64,000 nucleotides of DNA from Promethearchaeota archaeon (GTDB lineage Archaea > Asgardarchaeota > Lokiarchaeia > Sigyniarchaeales > SOKP01), in NCBI GenBank assembly GCA_030599585.1, contig JAUVNS010000010.1:32001-96000 (forward strand), given 5' to 3'. This document shows positions 56,749 to 64,000 of the stretch, in pieces. A program made the translations under genes and the position numbers. The notes beneath the pieces are model-generated. The model had not been told where the DNA came from. It saw only the letters and a program-made list of their open reading frames with translations, and did not search any database. Numbering within the stretch: position 1 is the stretch's first letter; every line of letters begins with the position of its first letter.

Positions 56749-59384
56749 AGGTATATACCAGCGTATTAAGAAAATCCGTGGGAGAGGATCGAGTAGCAAT
56801 TTGCCCAATTTTTGGATGTCAGTTCATGATACGAGTTAAACCTCTTAAATTTAGGTTCCTAGGTTTTGGAAAGCATCCTAAATGCAAGAAACATCGCATC
56901 CCTTTAGTCTATGTTGATGAAAGGATCGGTGATTTCGTGGATGCTGCCTTGGCGTGTTTTTTTGATAAAGCAGGACTCCCACCAAGTGAATTACTCGAGG
57001 ACATAAAATCAAAATTCCCCGATGAAGTTACCTCATTTGTAGAAGGATGGGTGTATTGCATTACGGTTGGAAGGGGATCGCCCATAGTTTCACGTTACAT
57101 GGATGCGATTTCAAATGCTTATCTCAAGCAATTGACTAAGAAACAGATTAAGGCACTTAAAAAAGGAGATGATTCTAAACCAAATCTCGTAAATAAAACA
57201 ATTAAGAATGGAATGGATGAAATTACAATCCAATATACAAGGATACTTAAGCATTTAAGGGCTCATTCTGAGGTCCTCACTGAACATCAAAAACTTCAAG
57301 CACTGTCTAAAAAACTCCAAAATTATTTGAAAGATTGGCAAAAAGGTGTATTAAAACATAATGAGATCATAAATTCACCAGAAAATAAGCACGAAATGGC
57401 TTTAGAAGAAATCAAGAGTAATTACGATCAAATCCTAAACATCGGAACATGCCGTTGTCTTCTTGGATTGAATCCTGAAAGTAAAGAAATCAAGAAAGCT
57501 AAAATAACTGCATTTGATCGATTTTCTTCTTATCACGAATTTTATAATGAGGGATTAACCATGAAATTTACAAAATCTGATATTAAAAGACAAGAAAAAC
57601 AAAGCGAAGATATAAGAGTTTTGAATAAAGACAAACAAAAACACAACAAAAAAAAGCTTTACAACGATAATAAAAATGAAAATCTTGATACTAAGTTGAT
57701 AAAGAGCTTAATAAATTTAATTTATGAGTGTGAGTGTGAGTTTGTGGAGTTTGAGAAATCCTCTACAAGTAAGCTTAACCTTAATATCACAGGAGGAATA
57801 AGTCTTCGCCGTTTTAAAAAACGCATTGTCGCATCTGAAATTTCTAAAATTCTAGGTATTAGTTTAGATACAGCAAAGAGATGGTCGCATGAACTTGAAT
57901 TGTCAAGAAATAGCCCTATTAAAATGGATATTCATAGAACTACTTTCAAAAAAATGTGTGAACACATAGAAATTTTCTCAATTCATAGTAAGATTTATAA
58001 TTCTTTTTTAGAAGTATTATCCGATTACCGCAAAAGAAAATACGCAACTGATTTTCGGGATGAGTTAGTAACAATATTTAACAAATATATTAAAGGAGGA
58101 GGAGGAAGATCTTGGCTTTCTAAAATACTCGGAAAAAGTCGTGCTTATATTGATGATTTAGAAATAAGAAGAGGGAATAGTGGAAAAGAGGGGCCTGAAC
58201 ATTATGCAAAATATTTCAATTTACTTACTAATATTCATTTGGTTAAAAAAGGGAATTTAGAATTTAAAGAAAGGTTTAAAATTAGAGATCTTAAAGCAGA
58301 AAGTCATAATTGTATTTTTAGAGAAATGAAAAAGCGAGAAATGATCAAAGAGTTATGTGAATCTCGTTATTCTAAAAGAATGGTTAATCTCAGCAATAAA
58401 GAATTATTCGATATTGTCGTTAGTTCTCAATTAGCATTTACTAAGATGGAAAGAGGAAAAGGGGGTCAGAATGTTGATTATATTTTTAAATATACCGATC
58501 TAAGTAGGAAAATTTCCCTTACAAAATCCAGAGATTTTTTCACAGGTAAGTTTAGGAATGGATTCCCTTTGGCTAAAGCTGAAGGTCGTAGATTGATAAA
58601 TGAATTAAGAAAAGGGTTTTTTATTGCTCCTAAAGCATGTCATGATGTTATATATAAGATTAAAACACATATTAGTAATCCACGTTGGAGAACCTATGAA
58701 AAGCATTTTAACGATTTAAGGGGTATTCAACGTAAAGAACTTTTAGATTTAAGCTTAGGATTAAATATTTTTGATGAAACATTTCTAAAAGATGCCTGTC
58801 CTTTTGTAACCAAAGACGGACATATTATTGATGGAACCTATGTATTATACTTAACACGCCATCATCTTGATGAAGATCAGAAATATTACTTAATTTTTGA
58901 TTATATTGATAATGATTTTATATTTAAAATCATTCTTCTTGCTTCAAAGTCTCATTGGAAGGTTCATGGGAATAAAAAAGATTATAATAGAAAAAAGGAA
59001 TTATTAAATGCGCGAATGAAGCATCTTTATAAACTACTTCAATACTCATATATTCCTAATAAAGCTTATTCTAAAATATTTAAATCTGAGTTTAATAACA
59101 AAACCGAAATAATTGATGGTCAAGACGTTAGAATTTGGAGCGATTTTTCAGAAATAATCATAGATAATTGGATTGAAAGATGGCAAGCACGCAAAACCTT
59201 GTCAGATAAAGAGTTTTATGAGATATATTATCCTAATTTTTATAGAGAACATTATGAACCACTTCTAAGAGATATGAAGTTATTTAAAAACAAGGCTAAT
59301 AACTGTGAGCGACCTGAATTTTGGTATTGGTATTTTACACACTATTTAAAAAAAAATATCTATCCTTCAATAAATCCACAGTAA
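56745..59384 (+). CDS. large modular protein: N-terminal Cys/His domain, HTH, possible HNH-like nuclease
   Basis: CPIFGC...CKKH; ISKILGISLDTAKRW; RHHLD...LLASKSHWKVH. Confidence 0.55.
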   Translation: MKVYTSVLRKSVGEDRVAICPIFGCQFMIRVKPLKFRFLGFGKHPKCKKHRIPLVYVDERIGDFVDAALACFFDKAGLPPSELLEDIKSKFPDEVTSFVEGWVYCITVGRGSPIVSRYMDAISNAYLKQLTKKQIKALKKGDDSKPNLVNKTIKNGMDEITIQYTRILKHLRAHSEVLTEHQKLQALSKKLQNYLKDWQKGVLKHNEIINSPENKHEMALEEIKSNYDQILNIGTCRCLLGLNPESKEIKKAKITAFDRFSSYHEFYNEGLTMKFTKSDIKRQEKQSEDIRVLNKDKQKHNKKKLYNDNKNENLDTKLIKSLINLIYECECEFVEFEKSSTSKLNLNITGGISLRRFKKRIVASEISKILGISLDTAKRWSHELELSRNSPIKMDIHRTTFKKMCEHIEIFSIHSKIYNSFLEVLSDYRKRKYATDFRDELVTIFNKYIKGGGGRSWLSKILGKSRAYIDDLEIRRGNSGKEGPEHYAKYFNLLTNIHLVKKGNLEFKERFKIRDLKAESHNCIFREMKKREMIKELCESRYSKRMVNLSNKELFDIVVSSQLAFTKMERGKGGQNVDYIFKYTDLSRKISLTKSRDFFTGKFRNGFPLAKAEGRRLINELRKGFFIAPKACHDVIYKIKTHISNPRWRTYEKHFNDLRGIQRKELLDLSLGLNIFDETFLKDACPFVTKDGHIIDGTYVLYLTRHHLDEDQKYYLIFDYIDNDFIFKIILLASKSHWKVHGNKKDYNRKKELLNARMKHLYKLLQYSYIPNKAYSKIFKSEFNNKTEIIDGQDVRIWSDFSEIIIDNWIERWQARKTLSDKEFYEIYYPNFYREHYEPLLRDMKLFKNKANNCERPEFWYWYFTHYLKKNIYPSINPQ

Positions 59385-59471
59385 ATCTTTGAATAATAAA
59401 GAATTTCAAATTACTTTTTTGATGGGAAGAATTAAAAGATAAGTGAGCAAAAAAAAGATAAAGAGATTTCA

Positions 59472-60902
59472 TTATTTATTATGGAAATCTACATTCCAAC
59501 TAAGGTAATTAAAGAGGGCTTCATATACAATACTTCCAACTTCATTTAAAGTAGAGGCCACATGATGTGCAAATCCGCCATTACATAGCTTTTTCAATAA
59601 ATCTTGCAAATTTGGAATCTCAACAACACCATACCCACCATATGTATCTAGTGGATCGTCAGTATATTTACCCTCAACGAGTATTGCTTTTATTTCTCCA
59701 AAAGTATCATCAGTTTCTATTCTTAGAAGTGTGCAATGTTTAGTTTTAACCCTTCCCTGAATCGCGCCAAATGTATTAGCTTCACCTTGATATTCAGCCA
59801 TAATAGGATGCACTGTCATTCTTGTATCTTGAAAGAAAGATTTCGGAAAATTACTACAATGAAAAAGAACCATCTTATTAGGGTCTTTCCCATAGTTATT
59901 ATTCCAATCTACGATCGCTGAAGGGGTTTCGGTTGCTACTTGCAAAATGTACATACCAATTAAACCGGATATATCGACTTCACACGCAGCTGGTATTAAT
60001 CCTTCACTAAACAAACTCATTACTGCACACGGCACGATTCCGAAATTGGAAACAATTGATGGCCAACATTGAAAAGCAAAACCATCCAATTCGTTTTCCA
60101 ATACCCAATTCTCGACAACAACTGCTAGTTTTGCTAATTTTAATATGCCGTCTTCTGGAAATGTTGTAGTTGGCGTATAATCCTTAATGACTTGAATTTT
60201 TTCCTTAACTTTAGGATCGCCACCTGCTAACCTACTAATTTCTCCAAAAATTTCTGATAAATCAATTGGTTCAATCGTAATCCCATGTAATTGTAAAATT
60301 TTCTCGCTATATCTCACAGTTTCAAAAGCGTTAGGTCTTACTCCTATTTGCCCAAATCTTGCGTTTTTAAGTTTCTTTACAATTTTACAGACTTTTTCAA
60401 ATTTTATAATGTCTGCTTTAAAAGCGTTAGAGGTAATAGGGCTTGTATGCGTCTTAGTTAGCGTAAATGGAATTCCGTGCTGATATAGAACACTACAAAC
60501 AGATATTTTTCCGCAGAATGCATCTCGTCTAAATTTTCGATCCATTTTGTCGATTTCATCAGATGAAGCTTGAATAAGGATTGGAACATTTAAATCAGAT
60601 AATTTAAGAGTGTTGACGATGCCCTTTTCATCTCCAAAATTCGGTAAAACTATGATTATCCCGGATATTTGTTCTTTATTATTCTTAAAAAGTTTAGCGC
60701 ATTTTTTTGCGTCCGAATAAGATTCAACTACACCATCTTTTGTGTCACTCTCGTTTAGAATAACATAACTATACCCTAATTCTTTCAACACACTTATAAT
60801 TTCTAATCGACCTTCTTTTGCAAGGTGGTCGGGAAAAACATCTCTATTGCCAACAATTACTCCAAAAACAGGTTTTATCACTTTAGATTTAATAAACGAC
60901 AT
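59472..60902 (-). CDS. L-fucose/L-arabinose isomerase family protein
   Basis: NFGDE, RRDAFCGKIS, FQCW, ACEVD, FHCSN, GFAHH. Confidence 0.88.
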   Translation of the reverse strand: MSFIKSKVIKPVFGVIVGNRDVFPDHLAKEGRLEIISVLKELGYSYVILNESDTKDGVVESYSDAKKCAKLFKNNKEQISGIIIVLPNFGDEKGIVNTLKLSDLNVPILIQASSDEIDKMDRKFRRDAFCGKISVCSVLYQHGIPFTLTKTHTSPITSNAFKADIIKFEKVCKIVKKLKNARFGQIGVRPNAFETVRYSEKILQLHGITIEPIDLSEIFGEISRLAGGDPKVKEKIQVIKDYTPTTTFPEDGILKLAKLAVVVENWVLENELDGFAFQCWPSIVSNFGIVPCAVMSLFSEGLIPAACEVDISGLIGMYILQVATETPSAIVDWNNNYGKDPNKMVLFHCSNFPKSFFQDTRMTVHPIMAEYQGEANTFGAIQGRVKTKHCTLLRIETDDTFGEIKAILVEGKYTDDPLDTYGGYGVVEIPNLQDLLKKLCNGGFAHHVASTLNEVGSIVYEALFNYLSWNVDFHNK

Positions 60903-61226
60903 TTCGAATTCTCTAAACTTGTATAAGATATTAAGAATAATATGTTTCGATTATTTATTTTTTTTGAAATATATTCAAAAGAGTATAAACTATCTAAACT
61001 ATTGACTAAATAAAAAGAATGTCCAGAAAAATTATGAGAAGGATATGTTTGGGGCTTTTTATAACATTCATTTTTGATAATTAAATTATTTGTAGATATT
61101 TTTTCTATTCTTCTCAATAATTTTATCTATTTCTTTAATAATTTCATAAGAAATCATTACTAATTTAAATATTATTATGCTCTATTTAAATGTAACATTA
61201 GGCATCGATTTTATGGGATATCCATA

Positions 61227-63155
61227 ATGATTCTAAAAAAAATTCTTTTGCAGTCTTATAGAAATTTTAAAAAAACAGAGATTGTATTTAAAGATAATAT
61301 ACTTACAATAGTTGGTCCAAATGACAGTGGAAAATCTAATTTATTGCAAGCAATTTATTATTTAATAAATCCAAAACTACTCCTAGATGAAGATATTTGT
61401 TATTTCTCAACCACATTTACTGATAATAAAATTCCAAGCATTATTTATCATCTTGATCTTTCAATTTTAAAACTAAAATCTGAAATTAAACCTAAAATAC
61501 TTAAAATAAAATTAGAAAATAAAGAATTAAATCCAATAAATAAAATAGTTAAACTTCAATATGATATTCGGATTATTAATGATAAAAATTTTTCATTTAA
61601 AAAAATTCCTGAGAAAGAAATTGTTAATAATTACTATCGATACAAAAGTTCTCGATATTCAACCTTAAGAGATAGCTGGGAATCAAATAAGAGCATTTTT
61701 TTAGAAGAAGTTGATTCAGTTGATGCTGGGAAATTATGTCAAGCGTTAGAAGAAAATGGCTTAAAATATACTAAACTTGAAAATCATGCTGATGTTACAA
61801 GAATTATTTTTTCTCAAATTTTGAAGGAAGTTTCTGTGATTTTCTGGGAATATAGAATGGAGAATATGAAAATAAAAACAGAATATTCTATCAAAAAATT
61901 AAAGAAGAATCCTGATAGTGAACCCCTTTTAAATATTCTTTTTAAAAAAATGGGCATAAATCTTCAACAATTTTTTAATTATGAAGAAGACCGTAAGAAC
62001 AATATAATAGCTTCATTAAACCAATTAATTTCCGATCTAATAGGGTCGAATTGGACTCAAAATAATTTAGAATTTCGATTTCAAATTTTTCCTAACAACA
62101 CTTTACGTTTTAATGTTTTTGAGAATGGAAAAATTATTGAACTAAAAAAACATGGAGATGGATTTAAATGGTTCTTCTTATTTCTTCTAGATTTCTCTGA
62201 AGAATTTGGTTCTAAATATGAAAATAAAATCATTTTATTAGATGAACCAGGTAACTTTCTGCATCCTGGGGCACAACGCTTATTGTTAAAACAATTTGAA
62301 AAATTAGCGAGAAATAATCAGATAATCTATACAACTCATTCACCCTTTATGCTAAATCGAAATTATCCTAAACGTTTAATTTTTATTGATAGAGAAAATG
62401 ATGAAACGATAGTAAATTACACTAAGAATAATGTAACATTTGATGATGTATTATTGTCATCAACACTTGGTTTTACGTTTACTAATATCTCAAGGTGGGG
62501 TGATATTATTGTTTTTGTTGAGGGGTTAACTGACCAAATACTTTTAGAACATTTGATTTTAAAATATGCCGAATACTTTAAAGAAGAAATATTAGATTTA
62601 AATCTTTATTCGCTTATTAATATGGGAGGATTAATGAATTTAGATAATTTTTTAACCTTAGCTATTACTACAAATTCAAAATTTATTGCCTTCATTGATA
62701 ATGATAAGGAATCCAAGGAAAAGACTAAAAAATATTCTCAATCTATAAATAAAAGAGCTAAAATTCATAAAAATACGATCAATCATATTATTTTTTTAGA
62801 TGAAGAAAAGACCATTGAAGATTATGTCCCAATCAGTCTTTTAAATCAAGCAGTCAAAAACCTTTCAGATTCTAAGGATATTGTTTTTCGAAATTGCTTA
62901 CAAGATTATAAATTTAAAGATGAATTAAGGAAACCTCAAATTAAAGATTTAATCACGCAATTTAAGGATTTTATAACTAAAAACGATGATAAAATTAATG
63001 ATTTCTCAAAAGGAAATTATACTAAAAGTAATTTTAAATTCTTATTATTCACAAAAATAATTGAATTAATAGATAATAGTAATATTAATTTATTTCAAAA
63101 TTTAATTAAAAAAATTAAAGAAATTCAATTGAATTATGAAAAACTTTATGAATAA
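61227..63155 (+). CDS. OLD-family ATP-dependent nuclease (ABC ATPase + TOPRIM)
   Basis: GPNDSGKS, LLDEPGNFLHP, TTHSP, FVEGLTD, IDND. Confidence 0.88.
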   Translation: MILKKILLQSYRNFKKTEIVFKDNILTIVGPNDSGKSNLLQAIYYLINPKLLLDEDICYFSTTFTDNKIPSIIYHLDLSILKLKSEIKPKILKIKLENKELNPINKIVKLQYDIRIINDKNFSFKKIPEKEIVNNYYRYKSSRYSTLRDSWESNKSIFLEEVDSVDAGKLCQALEENGLKYTKLENHADVTRIIFSQILKEVSVIFWEYRMENMKIKTEYSIKKLKKNPDSEPLLNILFKKMGINLQQFFNYEEDRKNNIIASLNQLISDLIGSNWTQNNLEFRFQIFPNNTLRFNVFENGKIIELKKHGDGFKWFFLFLLDFSEEFGSKYENKIILLDEPGNFLHPGAQRLLLKQFEKLARNNQIIYTTHSPFMLNRNYPKRLIFIDRENDETIVNYTKNNVTFDDVLLSSTLGFTFTNISRWGDIIVFVEGLTDQILLEHLILKYAEYFKEEILDLNLYSLINMGGLMNLDNFLTLAITTNSKFIAFIDNDKESKEKTKKYSQSINKRAKIHKNTINHIIFLDEEKTIEDYVPISLLNQAVKNLSDSKDIVFRNCLQDYKFKDELRKPQIKDLITQFKDFITKNDDKINDFSKGNYTKSNFKFLLFTKIIELIDNSNINLFQNLIKKIKEIQLNYEKLYE

Positions 63156-63254
63156 ATAACTAACTCATTAGGAAAAACATCTCTATTCCCAACGATTACT
63201 CCAAATGCCAAATTTTTTTCACTTGTTTTCATTATTGACATCTCTAACACTATT

Positions 63255-64000
63255 TTACGGGTTGTTTTTGATAAATTCTATAATTACTTCTGCCAGTTCA
63301 GGACCTTTATCTTCTTGAACAAAATGGCTTGCATTTTTTATTATTACATGATTTTGCTCAGCGGCTCCAGGGACGAGTGTTTGCCAAAACCTATCTCCTC
63401 CTCGAGTAATTGGATCCTTATCCGAAAATGCTGTCAAGAACGGTTTTTCCCACCGTTTAAATTGCTCAATCGCTTTTTTATTATTTTCGTGCTCGGGATC
63501 ATCTGTACTGATTGGGACTAAGGATGGCAGGATCCTCGCGCCAGCTTTAAAAGTATCGTCTGGAAAAGGTGCGTCATATCCGTTTAAAACCTCTTTAGAT
63601 AATTTAGTGGTGGTTGCACCTTGTAAAATAAATTTGATATCAAAAGAAGGTGAATTTCTAGAAAATTCCCGCCAATTAGTAAAAGCCTCAGACATCCTTT
63701 GTTCACCGGTTGGTAACCCCCCGTTTGATAATACAATTCTATTAAATCGATCCTGATTTTCAATAGCAAGCCTTAAACCTATTAAAGATCCCCAATCTTG
63801 ACAAAATAAAGTAATATTACGAAGATCGAGTAATTTTAGCCATTTTGTCATCCAATCCACATGTTTAAGGTATGTGTGGTCGTTTTGTTCTGTTGGTTTG
63901 TCTGAACGGCCAAATCCTACTAAATCGGGGGCTATTATTCTAAATCCTGCTTTCACCAGAATAGGAATCATATGTCTATACAAAAAACACCACGATGGTT
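63255..64000 (-). CDS. haloalkane dehalogenase, 5'-truncated by window edge
   Basis: PSWCFLYRHM in frame upstream of the annotated Met, APDLVGFGRSDKP, QDWG nucleophile, HFVQED. Confidence 0.92.
   Translation of the reverse strand, partial: PSWCFLYRHMIPILVKAGFRIIAPDLVGFGRSDKPTEQNDHTYLKHVDWMTKWLKLLDLRNITLFCQDWGSLIGLRLAIENQDRFNRIVLSNGGLPTGEQRMSEAFTNWREFSRNSPSFDIKFILQGATTTKLSKEVLNGYDAPFPDDTFKAGARILPSLVPISTDDPEHENNKKAIEQFKRWEKPFLTAFSDKDPITRGGDRFWQTLVPGAAEQNHVIIKNASHFVQEDKGPELAEVIIEFIKNNP

Noticed and set aside
54878-59384. Complete type III restriction-modification system
   Set aside because: No Res subunit with helicase motifs follows the Mod-like gene

Overview
AT-rich archaeal chromosome segment, very likely from an Asgard archaeon (Lokiarchaeia-like). 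The assignment rests on BHB-type tRNA introns, an archaeal-type AsnRS, PdaD and CofE, and several eukaryotic-signature-like proteins: a gelsolin domain, two Roadblock/LC7 proteins, a divergent actin, an MglA/Arf-like GTPase, a Vps29-like and an IFT52/GIFT-like protein. Housekeeping and metabolic genes include nnr, gyrAB, folP, cofE, pdaD, asnS, gatAB, a DEAD-box helicase, a GH3 glycosidase, peptidases and acyl-CoA enzymes. The most notable observations are: (1) a Roadblock gene followed by a Cdc48-N-like repeat + Pro-rich + vWA protein, whose C-terminal half has the domain order of eukaryotic DEPDC5/Iml1 (GATOR1), downstream of a gelsolin gene; (2) a putative operon with a divergent actin, a catalytically dead CHAT pseudoprotease and a degenerate PLD-fold protein; (3) a free-standing LAGLIDADG-HTH gene at the 3' end of a two-intron tRNA-Thr, flanked by a 10-bp duplication of the tRNA end; (4) several genes that appear to start at ATT, ATA or CTG after SD motifs. 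All family calls come from motif recognition by eye; no searches were run.
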